From UHGV virus genome UHGV-0036741: a stretch of 38,952 nucleotides of DNA; one strand, given 5' to 3'. The translations under genes and the position numbers were made by a program. Shown piece after piece: positions 25,287 to 35,518 of the stretch; the stretch's first letter is position 1; every line of letters starts with the position of its first letter. The stretch comes from a virus. The notes under the pieces are model-generated. The model saw nothing but the letters and a program-made list of their open reading frames with translations, was not told where the DNA came from and did no database searches.

Positions 25287-25627
25287 AAAACGTCCTCCCG
25301 CACTCCACGCACACCCACAGGTTCTGCTTCCACATTAGGCGGTGATGACACGTCAACTCGACGGTAAGCTGTGATAGTTTTCTCATATGCTTCTACCTCC
25401 CAAGCATCTTCGAACTCGGTCTCATAACCAGACCAGTGGGAGCCGTAGCGGGTGAATGTCACCATGAAGATTTTACCTGACTTGTGCGCAATTACCGCAG
25501 AGGCAGACTGGTATTTACCTTCGTCTTCCCAATCGCAGTCCTCAACGACACTCCAATCTTCGCTAGGCAGGTCAAATGTAAACGGCTCGTCCAGAAGTAA
25601 ATCTTTCAGTTCCTGCAAGGTACTCAT
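25283..25627 (-). CDS. Hypothetical strongly acidic 114-aa protein at the gene 5.9 position (candidate DNA-mimic / anti-RecBCD-type inhibitor)
   Basis: ATG 25627 follows GGGAGG. About 22 percent D/E (DLPSEDWSVVEDCDWEDEGKY...ETEFEDAWEVEAYE). No similarity to the 52-aa T7 gp5.9. Confidence 0.55.
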   Translation of the reverse strand: MSTLQELKDLLLDEPFTFDLPSEDWSVVEDCDWEDEGKYQSASAVIAHKSGKIFMVTFTRYGSHWSGYETEFEDAWEVEAYEKTITAYRRVDVSSPPNVEAEPVGVRGVREDVL

Positions 25628-25833
25628 ACGCAACCTCCCATTCGTTTCAAGAAGCGGACACCGGAAGATGTAACTTCCCATGCTCCACCATTACGTCCAC
25701 TCACAGTCAAACATGAGATGTGTCCACGAGAAGCGGCCTCAGCTACGAGAGCCGCATTGTTTCTCACATAGTTCGACTGAAAGGACTTTGGGCAACCTTT
25801 GATAGCTGCCAGCACTTTCAGGTATTCACTCAT
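25624..25833 (-). CDS. 5.7: Gene 5.7 protein, 69 aa
   Basis: MSEYLKVLAAIKGCPKSFQSNYVRNNAALVAEAASRGHISCLTVSGRNGGAWEVTSSGVRFLKRMGGCV is T7 gp5.7-like. Confidence 0.8.
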   Translation of the reverse strand: MSEYLKVLAAIKGCPKSFQSNYVRNNAALVAEAASRGHISCLTVSGRNGGAWEVTSSGVRFLKRMGGCV

Positions 25834-26129
25834 TAGTACACCTCGCGCACAGTCGCCGGGGAGAACTTGAACTGGTCTCTGTCGGAAAACTCTTCCCACA
25901 TCTCCTTGACACCCTCACGCATTGAGGTGCGGACGATAAACGCCACAGCACCATCCATACCATGAGTCAGGAATTGCACAATCAGTTCTCGCTGTTCCGG
26001 CCCCAGCTTCTCACCCTTGGAAGCCTTCTTGCACAGCCCAAGGATTTCTGCCAGTAGCTTCTGCTCGGTCACGCTGTCCATCTTGGTGGTCAGGTCAAAC
26101 GATACTTTAAATTTCTTAGTGATAGCCAT
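25833..26129 (-). CDS. 5.5: Gene 5.5 protein (H-NS-binding in T7), 98 aa
   Basis: MAITKKFKVSFDL...GVKEMWEEFSDRDQFKFSPATVREVY is T7 gp5.5-like. Confidence 0.8.
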   Translation of the reverse strand: MAITKKFKVSFDLTTKMDSVTEQKLLAEILGLCKKASKGEKLGPEQRELIVQFLTHGMDGAVAFIVRTSMREGVKEMWEEFSDRDQFKFSPATVREVY

Positions 26130-26147
26130 AAGATTTCTCCTTATGAA

Positions 26148-28271
26148 TTAGTGACATACGGCCCAATTCGGACCCATCTTGCCTTCGGTATCCAGAAGAC
26201 ACCGGAAGCTCCAGTGCTCGCCAACCCAGCGCATAGCTTCTTGGGCTGTGTCAATTACAACCTGTGCCAGTTCTGGTGTACGACAAGCTACCTGAATCTC
26301 ATCGTGGACCCAAGCCATGTACGCAAAGTCACCATCCCAGCCATGCTTCAAGCCTTTCTCGACGAGCATCTCTTCGGTCTTGATAATCCACAGTTTACAA
26401 ATCAACGCACCAGCAGACTGCAACAATGTGTTGAGCGCTGCGTGTGGAGACCTTACGTGAACCTTACGACCGTCGAGACCCTTAATCCAGCGGCGTTTCC
26501 ACTGGACTTTCTGCTCACCGCCAATCCAAGCGGAAGACTTAACGAGAGACTGTTGGATAGCCTCACGGAGCGCTGCAATCGCCGGGGTGTTCTCTAAGAA
26601 TCTCTTCTTGAGTTCCTTCCCGCGTTGCTTACCTGCACCAACAATCTGTCCAATCTTCTCATCGCCAGCCCCATAAAGGAAGCCATAGATGAACGTCTTG
26701 GCGTTGTCTCGCGTAGGCAACTCAGCAGCCATCTGGTTCTTCGTGTGAATGTCACCGTTCAGAATCTCGTTGGCATACTCACCGTTATCGAACCGGGCCA
26801 TGAAGTGAGCCAGACAGCGCAACTCCAAGCCACTCGCATCTATCCCTGCTTGGACCCACGGTTTACCTGTGATACCGTCGAGATGATGTTCAGCGCCAAA
26901 AGCACTACGACACTGCTCGCCGTAAGGAGAACGAACACCGGGTATCTGTGCAAGGTTAGGGAAGCTATGAGTAGCTCGACCAGTAACAGCACCGTTAGGG
27001 TTAACGGCTCCATGTATCTTTCCATCATCTTGAACATAACGCAACCACGCTTTGTCACCTTCTGCCGCCTGACCGATTCGCTTCTGAATCATCAGGTACT
27101 CTTTAATCAAGTCGATGCAAGCCTGCTTCTGCGGGTCATCAACACGAACGTGCTCTAAGACCTCATCATCCACTACTGGTGCACCCTTCTCGGTGAACTT
27201 CTCAGGCACCCATCCGGCCTCCTGTAGCTTCTTCTGAATGTGGTCTCGACTGCTCGGCTTGAACGTAACGAACTCGACTGGTGTATACGGTGCGCCTTCC
27301 ATGTAGTCTCTCGTATCGAGTTCACACGGTTCACGACCTTCACGTTGAGCCTTGTTCTTCGGCTTCTTGTAGACACCACCCTGCTTCGGAGTCTTCACTC
27401 GCGGATAATTCGGGAGTGGCTTTCCGGTTCTCGGATGTTTGAACAGTTCGGTTCCACCTTTCGGTTGATACCACGAGCCAAACGTTTCGATTAACTTTCG
27501 CAGAAGTTCGGCGCGTTTCGCTGCCAGTTCTACATAAAGTTCCTCAATGGCCTTGGTGTTGAACGGGAAGCCGTTACGCTCCTGCTTTGCCAATAGCCAC
27601 GCCGCTCGGTGCTCAATGTCCACAGCCTCAGACGCGAATGACCAGAAGTATTCAGCGTTCAGCTTTGTCCAACTAAGCGCACCATCGTTATCCGGGAAGT
27701 AATGTTGGTCGCTCAAGAATTTCTCCAAGAGCTTGACAGTCACCACAACGTCCTGAGCGTTATAGTCCATCATCGGCTCGTTGAACGAAACCCACTCAGC
27801 ACCATCAACGTACTCTTCGCCCTGCTCTTCCAGCATCGCCTTGAAGTCGTCCTTGTACTCACCTTTCATCTCACCTAAACGATAGCCCCATGCTTCCAGA
27901 GCGTGAGACCCGAAGCGACGACCGGGCAATTTGCCGGAACGAAGAAGCCCCATGTCTGTATCTTTTAGGTTCGCGTGAAGGAGTCTGGACAACACCAAGG
28001 TGTCTATGCAGTTCTCACGTGGTAACTTGAAGTCACGATTGAGTTGCAGCTTTGCGAGTTTCTCTAAAGCCGGAACGTCATACTTATGACCATTATGGAA
28101 AACAATTAAGCCGCCACGTTTCACCTCGGCTTCCAGCGCATCCAGATACGCCCCGAAGTCGCCCGGACGATAGCTATGATATTCACCATCTCGGTAATCA
28201 TAGATAACGCCACAGTGGAACTTGGTGACTTTCTCTAAGAGGTTGTTGGCCTCAATGTCACTTACGAGCAT
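26148..28271 (-). CDS. 5: DNA polymerase (gene 5), 707 aa
   Basis: Family A polymerase with a 3'-5' exonuclease N-domain. T7 gp5-like in length and sequence. Confidence 0.95.
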   Translation of the reverse strand: MLVSDIEANNLLEKVTKFHCGVIYDYRDGEYHSYRPGDFGAYLDALEAEVKRGGLIVFHNGHKYDVPALEKLAKLQLNRDFKLPRENCIDTLVLSRLLHANLKDTDMGLLRSGKLPGRRFGSHALEAWGYRLGEMKGEYKDDFKAMLEEQGEEYVDGAEWVSFNEPMMDYNAQDVVVTVKLLEKFLSDQHYFPDNDGALSWTKLNAEYFWSFASEAVDIEHRAAWLLAKQERNGFPFNTKAIEELYVELAAKRAELLRKLIETFGSWYQPKGGTELFKHPRTGKPLPNYPRVKTPKQGGVYKKPKNKAQREGREPCELDTRDYMEGAPYTPVEFVTFKPSSRDHIQKKLQEAGWVPEKFTEKGAPVVDDEVLEHVRVDDPQKQACIDLIKEYLMIQKRIGQAAEGDKAWLRYVQDDGKIHGAVNPNGAVTGRATHSFPNLAQIPGVRSPYGEQCRSAFGAEHHLDGITGKPWVQAGIDASGLELRCLAHFMARFDNGEYANEILNGDIHTKNQMAAELPTRDNAKTFIYGFLYGAGDEKIGQIVGAGKQRGKELKKRFLENTPAIAALREAIQQSLVKSSAWIGGEQKVQWKRRWIKGLDGRKVHVRSPHAALNTLLQSAGALICKLWIIKTEEMLVEKGLKHGWDGDFAYMAWVHDEIQVACRTPELAQVVIDTAQEAMRWVGEHWSFRCLLDTEGKMGPNWAVCH

Positions 28272-28301
28272 AATGCCCTCCTACTATATGTTGTGTCAAA
28301 T

Positions 28302-28348
28302 GATAATCATAAAGGCCACATCTAGTGGTGTGACCTTGAGTTTATCAC
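28302..28348 (-). promoter_or_regulatory. RNase III site (R4.7-like) upstream of gene 5
   Basis: GATAATCATAAAGGCCACATCTAGTGGTGTGACCTTGAGTTTATCAC. Confidence 0.55.
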
Positions 28349-28629
28349 TTCTCGATAATCTCCTGCATACCGGAGCCGAACTCAGCCAGACGGCCTTTGT
28401 CCAGACCGACCACCTTATCGGCAGCCATCGTCAGCGCACCCATCAGGCGACCAACCTGCTTGTCATCCAGAGTCATACGTTGTGTATGAGCCTTCGGTGA
28501 CTTGTGGTCTTTCCAGCGGTAGACCATTGTGACTTTCTCACCGCGAACGTTGATGTGGACTCGACGAGAGAACTGGTCAGCGGTGTCCGGCAGACGGATG
28601 GTGTTTGCGTGTTTGATAGAGTTGCTCAT
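28345..28629 (-). CDS. Gene 4.5-like small protein, 94 aa
   Basis: ORF between gene 4.3 and gene 5, at the T7 4.5 position. Confidence 0.55.
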   Translation of the reverse strand: MSNSIKHANTIRLPDTADQFSRRVHINVRGEKVTMVYRWKDHKSPKAHTQRMTLDDKQVGRLMGALTMAADKVVGLDKGRLAEFGSGMQEIIEK

Positions 28630-28642
28630 TGTGTGGCTCCTA

Positions 28643-28858
28643 TTACTCGTTAAAGAATTTGCTCATGGACTGTGCTTTGGATGCAATAGCAGCCGCCTTG
28701 TGGACGCCCTCGGTCGCGCGGTCAGCCTTCTCGCGGGACTCTTTCGCCAACTCAATGGCTCGCTTGGAATCAGCTTTGGCCTTGTTGTCCAGCTTGGCGG
28801 CTTCCATGAAGTACAGTTTAACTACAAGTTTACCTAAAGCATTGATAAGTTTAAACAT
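28643..28858 (-). CDS. Gene 4.3-like small protein, 71 aa
   Basis: Directly downstream of promoter phi4.3. Size matches the 70-aa T7 gp4.3. Confidence 0.55.
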   Translation of the reverse strand: MFKLINALGKLVVKLYFMEAAKLDNKAKADSKRAIELAKESREKADRATEGVHKAAAIASKAQSMSKFFNE

Positions 28859-28886
28859 GATGTGGTTCTCCTTTGTGGTTGTGAGT

Positions 28887-28909
28887 GTTCCCTTTAGTGA
28901 GGGTTAATC
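28887..28909 (-). promoter_or_regulatory. T3-type promoter phi4.3
   Basis: GTTCCCTTTAGTGAGGGTTAATC. Confidence 0.8.
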
Positions 28910-28955
28910 GTGTGATGGATAATGGCCCAACCAATCACAGCGAGGGCATTGACAT

Positions 28956-30722
<1,767 letters not shown>

Positions 30723-30724
<2 letters not shown>

Positions 30725-30830
30725 ATTCCTTCGTGTGTTCCTCAGCCCTGATTGGGTCCTTGCACTGACACTTACGTGACGGTACGCGACTCTTCAAGGG
30801 CTTGTCACAGCGTAGACAAATAAGACGCAT
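30723..30830 (-). CDS. 35-aa Cys-rich mini-ORF (zinc-ribbon-like) at the gene 3.7/3.8 position
   Basis: MRLICLRCDKPLKSRVPSRKCQCKDPIRAEEHTKE with CxxC...CxC, between lysozyme and primase. Confidence 0.3.
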
Positions 30831-30834
30831 GGTA

Positions 30835-31290
30835 TCACCCTCGGTCAGACGTTACCAGTTCGTTGGTATTCCACCAGCGCTGCACATCGAAGCTAGGACA
30901 GGCTTTAGGAGCCACGTCATGATGAGCACGAATCACAGACCCGGTGTACTTCGCTTGGAGAGTAACCAGAAGAGAGCGCAGAGCACTCATCTGTTGAGGC
31001 GTAAAGTTGGCTTCCGGTTTCATACGGTCGTCAATCCCACCTACGAGACACACGCCGATTGAGTTGTGGTTGTAGCCCTTTGCGTGGGAACCTACAGCGA
31101 ACTCATCACGTCCGGCCTCAACGGTCCCATCACGTTTGATGATGAAGTGATACCCTACGTCCAGCCAGCCCTGCTCTTTGTGCCACTGACGAATCTCACG
31201 GACACCGACGTTCTGGCTCGGCTTGGTAGCGGAGCAATGCACAAAGATTGCCTCGGTGGTTGCTCGCGGTTTGAATTGAACTTTAGCCAT
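30835..31290 (-). CDS. 3.5: Lysozyme / N-acetylmuramoyl-L-alanine amidase and RNAP inhibitor (gene 3.5), 151 aa
   Basis: MAKVQFKPRATTEAIFVHCSATKPSQNVGVREIRQWHKEQGWLDVGYHFII... is near-identical to T7 lysozyme. Confidence 0.95.
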   Translation of the reverse strand: MAKVQFKPRATTEAIFVHCSATKPSQNVGVREIRQWHKEQGWLDVGYHFIIKRDGTVEAGRDEFAVGSHAKGYNHNSIGVCLVGGIDDRMKPEANFTPQQMSALRSLLVTLQAKYTGSVIRAHHDVAPKACPSFDVQRWWNTNELVTSDRG

Positions 31291-31744
31291 TTTTCTTTAC
31301 TCCTTTCTTAGTCTTAAATTTATCGAACGGAACCTCCTTCTTCGGCTCCTTGAGCCACGCCACAGGAATCAACTTGTCTGCGAACAGAATGTTATGCTTC
31401 TCGCACCACTCACCGTATGAGGTCGGAGACCCTTTGTACAACTTAGAGCGGCTGGATGAGAAGACCAAGCGAATGTCCAGTTCAGGATGTTGCTCACGGA
31501 TTAATAGGTGTTTCTTTCGGTCATCGGAATCCCACAGCCCTTTGGTCTCAATGAAGATACCGTTGGGCAGCAGGAAGTCTGGAGTGTACATATGGTCACT
31601 CGCTGGGATGACGTAAGGGATACGCCAAAGTTCATAGTCGAACTTAATGCCCTTACTCTCAAGCTGCTTTGAGACTTTATCTTCTAGGCCGGAGCGGAAT
31701 GCCCCGACCTTTCGTACACCACGCGCAGCATACGCGCCAGCCAT
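31283..31744 (-). CDS. 3: Endonuclease I, Holliday junction resolvase (gene 3), 153 aa
   Basis: T7 gp3-like in sequence and position. Confidence 0.9.
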   Translation of the reverse strand: MAGAYAARGVRKVGAFRSGLEDKVSKQLESKGIKFDYELWRIPYVIPASDHMYTPDFLLPNGIFIETKGLWDSDDRKKHLLIREQHPELDIRLVFSSSRSKLYKGSPTSYGEWCEKHNILFADKLIPVAWLKEPKKEVPFDKFKTKKGVKKNG

Positions 31745-32439
31745 TAGAAGTCCTCGTCGTCTTCTACAGTTTCTTCGTGGTCATCTTCGCTCCACTCTTC
31801 CTCGTTGCGAGGTGCGCGAGATTCGGATGCCTCGTAGCCGCCTTCTTCGGTCTCATCAGACCAATCATCACCGCCACCACCAAAGGTAGCCAGTTCGACC
31901 AGCATCACGGACTCAAGTTGCAGCTTGACGGATGCACCTACAGCGGTGTTCCACTTGTACGGAATGCACTTGTACTTGACTTTCAGTTTAGAGCCACCGC
32001 CGATAATTGGCACTTCCTGAATCTTCTTGCCTTTTGCATCGACGACCACGAGATTGATGTGACGAGTCTCTTTGGTCTTCTTGTCTTGGAAAGAAGCGTA
32101 GCACTTGAACTTAAAGGTAGTCGTGCCATCACCATTATCGAAGAACGGCAGGTCGCCCTCATACGGCAGCAGAGGTTTCTTACCACGCTGAACCGGAGGC
32201 GGGTTGGTCTCGTACTCTTCCTTAGCAGCAGCATACGCTTCCTCGTGAATGCTCACGATTTCATCGACCATTGCTTGACAGCGCGGGTCTTTATTGGAAA
32301 GAGTCAGGTCTACCTTGTAGACACCACGAGGGTTGCCGAAGCCACGCTCTTCGTTACCGTAATCCGGCTTGCTCAGGTATGCGTAAGGTTCAGCAGTACC
32401 AAGACCAGAGGTAAATACTTTCTTGATGTTGAACGCCAT
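31744..32439 (-). CDS. 2.5: Single-stranded DNA-binding protein (gene 2.5), 231 aa
   Basis: MAFNIKKVFTSG... with the acidic C-terminal tail ...EDDEDF typical of gp2.5. Confidence 0.95.
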   Translation of the reverse strand: MAFNIKKVFTSGLGTAEPYAYLSKPDYGNEERGFGNPRGVYKVDLTLSNKDPRCQAMVDEIVSIHEEAYAAAKEEYETNPPPVQRGKKPLLPYEGDLPFFDNGDGTTTFKFKCYASFQDKKTKETRHINLVVVDAKGKKIQEVPIIGGGSKLKVKYKCIPYKWNTAVGASVKLQLESVMLVELATFGGGGDDWSDETEEGGYEASESRAPRNEEEWSEDDHEETVEDDEDF

Positions 32440-32471
32440 AATGTTTCTCCTTTGTGATTTAACTTTGGGTT

Positions 32472-32494
32472 GTTCCCTTTAGTGAGGGTTAATT
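32472..32494 (-). promoter_or_regulatory. T3-type promoter phi2.5
   Basis: GTTCCCTTTAGTGAGGGTTAATT. Confidence 0.8.
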
Positions 32495-32660
32495 AAGGCT
32501 TCACTTCTGGACGGATGCGGGTCACAACGAAACCAGCGTCCTCATAATGTTCAGCCTGTAGCGTTGCCTCTTCGAGAGACCGGGCGAATACCGGAACCTC
32601 AAAGGACTCGGTGTTACCTTCCATTGTCAGAAGGTATTTCTGTTCACGTTGCTCGGACAC
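32493..32660 (-). CDS. 2: Host RNA polymerase inhibitor (gene 2), 55 aa from a GTG start
   Basis: ...[43 protein letters not shown] matches T7 gp2 ...[38 protein letters not shown]. GTG start 6 nt after TAAGGAGG. Confidence 0.7.
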   Translation of the reverse strand: MSEQREQKYLLTMEGNTESFEVPVFARSLEEATLQAEHYEDAGFVVTRIRPEVKP

Positions 32661-32793
32661 TTTGTGCCTCCTTAAGTCGTCGCTCCCATAGAGCGTACAT
32701 TTGTTGATAAGCATCAGCAGCCGCAGAGTCACCAGCTTCGATAGCCTCAGACCACTTAGCGGCACACCAATCGCAGCATTCTTTAAGTGACAT
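32644..32793 (-). CDS. 1.8: Gene 1.8 protein, 49 aa
   Basis: [49 protein letters not shown]. Size and position match T7 gp1.8. Confidence 0.55.
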   Translation of the reverse strand: MSLKECCDWCAAKWSEAIEAGDSAAADAYQQMYALWERRLKEAQSVRAT

Positions 32794-32797
32794 TACG

Positions 32798-33322
32798 TTA
32801 GCCCTCCTGACACTCACCCATCAGGGCCGCATAGCCAATCAGGTCCAAGATGTTATCCCGGCGCTGTTTGCTTTGGTTGCGCACCAGCTTAAGGCAAATC
32901 ATGAAGAGCCACGCATCGCGCTCAGTCAGGTTGTGACCTGTGAGTGAGTTGAATATGGTCGCTACTTGGGCAGCACTACGCTCCTTGCCTGCATCATAAC
33001 CGTTGTCACTGCCTCGTTCCTCAACGATGCCAGCGGCCTCTTTGATTAACTCAAGGGTAACGTTGCGCTTGCATCCAGCGGCTTTAGGGATATCGCCACG
33101 GTAGGTTTCCAGCTTGCGAGCAGGTGCTCGTGGGTCCATCTTACGGACGTCGCCGATGGTCAGACCTTTATGGTGCTGCTTACTGATTGGGCAGTCGCTA
33201 CAGCGGATACCGGAGCATATCAGGTTGGAGCACCGGGCCTTATCCCCAGCGTGGGTGTTTGTATCGATAAGCTGCATGATAATACGTGGGTTAATGCCAC
33301 CGTTGGTAATTGGCGTTCTCAT
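32798..33322 (-). CDS. 1.7: Gene 1.7 nucleotide kinase, 174 aa from the internal Met
   Basis: ...QLIDTNTHAGDKARCSNLICSGIRCSDCPISKQHHKGLTIGDVRKMDPR... matches T7 gp1.7. AAGGAGG RBS before ATG 33322. Confidence 0.8.
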   Translation of the reverse strand: MRTPITNGGINPRIIMQLIDTNTHAGDKARCSNLICSGIRCSDCPISKQHHKGLTIGDVRKMDPRAPARKLETYRGDIPKAAGCKRNVTLELIKEAAGIVEERGSDNGYDAGKERSAAQVATIFNSLTGHNLTERDAWLFMICLKLVRNQSKQRRDNILDLIGYAALMGECQEG

Positions 33323-33323
33323 A

Positions 33324-33581
33324 TTACAGTACCTCCTTGACCCACTTGAAGAACAGACGGACGCGAGGCCAGTAAGTGACCACAGCTTCCAGATGCGGAC
33401 GCTCTTTGTTAGCAGCCTTAATGAACTCACCGCGAGTAATCAGCAGGTGAACGCAAGGTGACAGCGTTGCGACTGTACCAATCAGCGGTAGCTTAGCGTT
33501 GCGCTCAGATGCAAGAACAGTAGAGCGGTCTTTACGGCGAACCGAAAAGATACCATTAGATTTGTTGAAATGTAAACGCAT
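33324..33581 (-). CDS. 1.6: Gene 1.6 protein, 85 aa
   Basis: Position and size match T7 gp1.6. AAAGGAG RBS. Confidence 0.7.
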   Translation of the reverse strand: MRLHFNKSNGIFSVRRKDRSTVLASERNAKLPLIGTVATLSPCVHLLITRGEFIKAANKERPHLEAVVTYWPRVRLFFKWVKEVL

Positions 33582-33598
33582 AAGGTGTTTCTCCTTTG

Positions 33599-33682
33599 TT
33601 AGCAGTCAGGCCAAATGTTGTCGTCGATGGCTATCAACGAGAATGTGATGAGGAATACAACGGCTAGATAAATCACCAGCAT
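33599..33682 (-). CDS. Gene 1.5-like hydrophobic 27-aa peptide
   Basis: MLVIYLAVVFLITFSLIAIDDNIWPDC, immediately downstream of a phage promoter. Confidence 0.3.
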   Translation of the reverse strand: MLVIYLAVVFLITFSLIAIDDNIWPDC

Positions 33683-33692
33683 ATTGTGTGTG

Positions 33693-33715
33693 TCTCCTGT
33701 TAGTGAGGGTTAATT
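33693..33715 (-). promoter_or_regulatory. T3-type promoter, CTGTTAG variant (phi1.5/1.6)
   Basis: TCTCCTGTTAGTGAGGGTTAATT. Confidence 0.75.
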
Positions 33716-33732
33716 CGTAGGGTGTAGGCCAT

Positions 33733-33764
33733 AAACGACAAAAGGCCAGCCCGTAGGCTGACCA
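33733..33764 (-). terminator. TE-like rho-independent terminator for host RNAP (end of the early region)
   Basis: Minus strand GGTCAGCC-TACG-GGCTGGCC hairpin followed by TTTTGTCGTTT. Confidence 0.65.
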
Positions 33765-33773
33765 GTTAGTTTG

Positions 33774-33881
33774 TCAATCGAGGTAGCAGTCGTCGTCTCC
33801 TTCGGATACAACAAAGGCACCGAAGACTCCACCAGCGATGAATACGAGGATGCACGTGAGGATAATCTCTAAGGTAGTCAT
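33774..33881 (-). CDS. Gene 1.4-like 35-aa membrane peptide
   Basis: MTTLEIILTCILVFIAGGVFGAFVVSEGDDDCYLD. ATG 2 nt after the ligase stop. Confidence 0.3.
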   Translation of the reverse strand: MTTLEIILTCILVFIAGGVFGAFVVSEGDDDCYLD

Positions 33882-33882
33882 G

Positions 33883-34908
33883 TTAGATTTTCTCCTGTGG
33901 GTTGTCCTCAGTGCCTCGGAACTTCTCGAAGCTAGGGTGACGCAGGGAGCCATCCGGGGTCTCTTCCATGTAGTTGACCTGACAGGCCCACCCATTGTAG
34001 AAGTCCTCACCGTGTGCCTTAACGTTGGCTGTGAATTCGTCCATCAGTGCGCGAGAGATGTTGTTGGCGTCTACTAAACGACCAGTCTCAAGAAGCACAC
34101 TAAAGCCTATCACTTTGCCTTCGTTGGCTAAACCTTCGGTTCCCCAATTGACGCCCTGAATGATACCGTCAGCCTCACACTCAGGCTTGAGCTTCCACCA
34201 GCCCGACTTCTTGCCTCGCTTATAGATGCCTTGAGGGTCTTTGATAATCAGACCTTCGTGGCCTTCTTCTCGCTTGGCCTCATACAGTTCACTCAGCGAA
34301 TCCATATCGTAGACCTCAAAGGTCTCCGCGATAAGCCACTCGATTTCCGGGAAGTATTCAACCAGAAGAGAGCGCATGGCTTCCACATGATACGGCATCA
34401 GGAGGTTCTGCACATCGTAATCTTCGCCAGACTCCGCAATGTGAATCGGCATGACTGCATAGAGTCGAACGCTAAGGTGCTTAGGGTCGAGACGGAATGG
34501 TTGCTTGTTTCGGGACTTCCACTCATCATGGAACCATTCATGCTCAGTGAATGTAAAGTTGTCCAGCTTGAGCCACTTGGTACGAAGTAGGCCAGACCCT
34601 GTGTTGAAGTCTACACCTTTGACCATCAGTTCACCATCAAGCATGAAGCCATCCGGGAAGATGCAACGGTCATCGTCCAGCATACGTTGCCAGCGCTTAT
34701 CGAAGCCGTTCATGTGCTCAAGGGCCGGGATGAGTTTACCTACGCGGGACAGCCACGCACAGTCGGCGGTATTGTCAACCACAATGTTACCGCGAACGCC
34801 ATCATATTTAACGTCAGCAATCAGGTAGCCGGATGCGTCAAGTGCCTTACGCACAGCGGACTCTACGAATGACACAGCTTTGTAAGGGTTGGTCTTGAAG
34901 ATGTTCAT
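33883..34908 (-). CDS. 1.3: ATP-dependent DNA ligase (gene 1.3), 341 aa
   Basis: KYDGVRG adenylation motif. Collinear with T7 ligase (MNIFKTNPYKAVSFVESA...). Confidence 0.95.
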   Translation of the reverse strand: MNIFKTNPYKAVSFVESAVRKALDASGYLIADVKYDGVRGNIVVDNTADCAWLSRVGKLIPALEHMNGFDKRWQRMLDDDRCIFPDGFMLDGELMVKGVDFNTGSGLLRTKWLKLDNFTFTEHEWFHDEWKSRNKQPFRLDPKHLSVRLYAVMPIHIAESGEDYDVQNLLMPYHVEAMRSLLVEYFPEIEWLIAETFEVYDMDSLSELYEAKREEGHEGLIIKDPQGIYKRGKKSGWWKLKPECEADGIIQGVNWGTEGLANEGKVIGFSVLLETGRLVDANNISRALMDEFTANVKAHGEDFYNGWACQVNYMEETPDGSLRHPSFEKFRGTEDNPQEKI

Positions 34909-34948
34909 AAGGGTTATTCCTCGTGTTGGTTAATAGTTAATCAGTTCG

Positions 34949-34984
34949 AATCACAAAGGCCACCTGTTAAGATGACCTTGGGGA
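34949..34984 (-). promoter_or_regulatory. RNase III site R1.3-like
   Basis: AATCACAAAGGCCACCTGTTAAGATGACCTTGGGG. Confidence 0.5.
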
Positions 34985-34985
34985 T

Positions 34986-35008
34986 TCTCCTGTTAGTGAG
35001 GGTTATTA
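34986..35008 (-). promoter_or_regulatory. T3-type promoter phi1.3, CTGTTAG variant
   Basis: TCTCCTGTTAGTGAGGGTTATTA. Confidence 0.75.
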
Positions 35009-35278
35009 CTTCCAGTGTTGCAAGTCGCTGTGAACCTTACGGAGCCATGCGGTCTGCGCATTGATTCGCACATCGGCATCATTGTACTCGAAGGTTCGGG
35101 ACGCCACCAGATGCCCGGAGCGAGTGAACACTCGTAGAACCTCGCCGTATGACCTACGCAGCATCGCCGGGTTTTCACGGATGAATGTCTCCGTCGCCAC
35201 GGTTACAGCGTGGTCTTCGTTAAGGCGCTCAATGGCGTCCGTATAATCGTTCAGGTTTCCGCTATAGATGCGTCCCAT
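35006..35278 (-). CDS. 1.2: Gene 1.2 protein (dGTPase inhibitor in T7), 90 aa
   Basis: MGRIYSGNL... matches T7 gp1.2 MGRLYSGNL... and ends ...WK. Start overlaps the 1.1 stop (TGATG). Confidence 0.75.
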   Translation of the reverse strand: MGRIYSGNLNDYTDAIERLNEDHAVTVATETFIRENPAMLRRSYGEVLRVFTRSGHLVASRTFEYNDADVRINAQTAWLRKVHSDLQHWK

Positions 35279-35418
35279 CAGTTCCACTCCTTCTTGTTGC
35301 TACCGCCACGCTGTGTCTTATGACGTTTCTTCATGCGGTTGCGGCGCTCTTGCCACGCCTCGCCATGCTCGTTAACTACTGAATCACGTTTGGTGAACTT
35401 CTCAAAGTTAGTACGCAT
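35278..35418 (-). CDS. 1.1: Gene 1.1 protein, 46 aa, basic
   Basis: MRTNFEKFTKRDSVVNEHGEAWQERRNRMKKRHKTQRGGSNKKEWN matches T7 gp1.1 MRNFEKMTKRSNRNARDFEATKGRKLNKTKRDRSHKRSWEGQ. Confidence 0.65.
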   Translation of the reverse strand: MRTNFEKFTKRDSVVNEHGEAWQERRNRMKKRHKTQRGGSNKKEWN

Positions 35419-35445
35419 AGTTTACATCCTTCTGTTTGGTGTGTC

Positions 35446-35494
35446 ATTGAAAGTTAATCACGAAGGCCACTCAGTGAGCGACCTTTAGTTTAAC
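35446..35494 (-). promoter_or_regulatory. RNase III site R1.1-like
   Basis: AATCACGAAGGCCACTCAGTGAGCGACCTTTAGTTTAAC. Confidence 0.5.
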
Positions 35495-35495
35495 T

Positions 35496-35518
35496 CTTCC
35501 CTTTAGTGAGGGTTAAAT
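35496..35518 (-). promoter_or_regulatory. T3-type promoter phi1.1 (B-like)
   Basis: TCTTCCCTTTAGTGAGGGTTAAAT. Confidence 0.75.
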
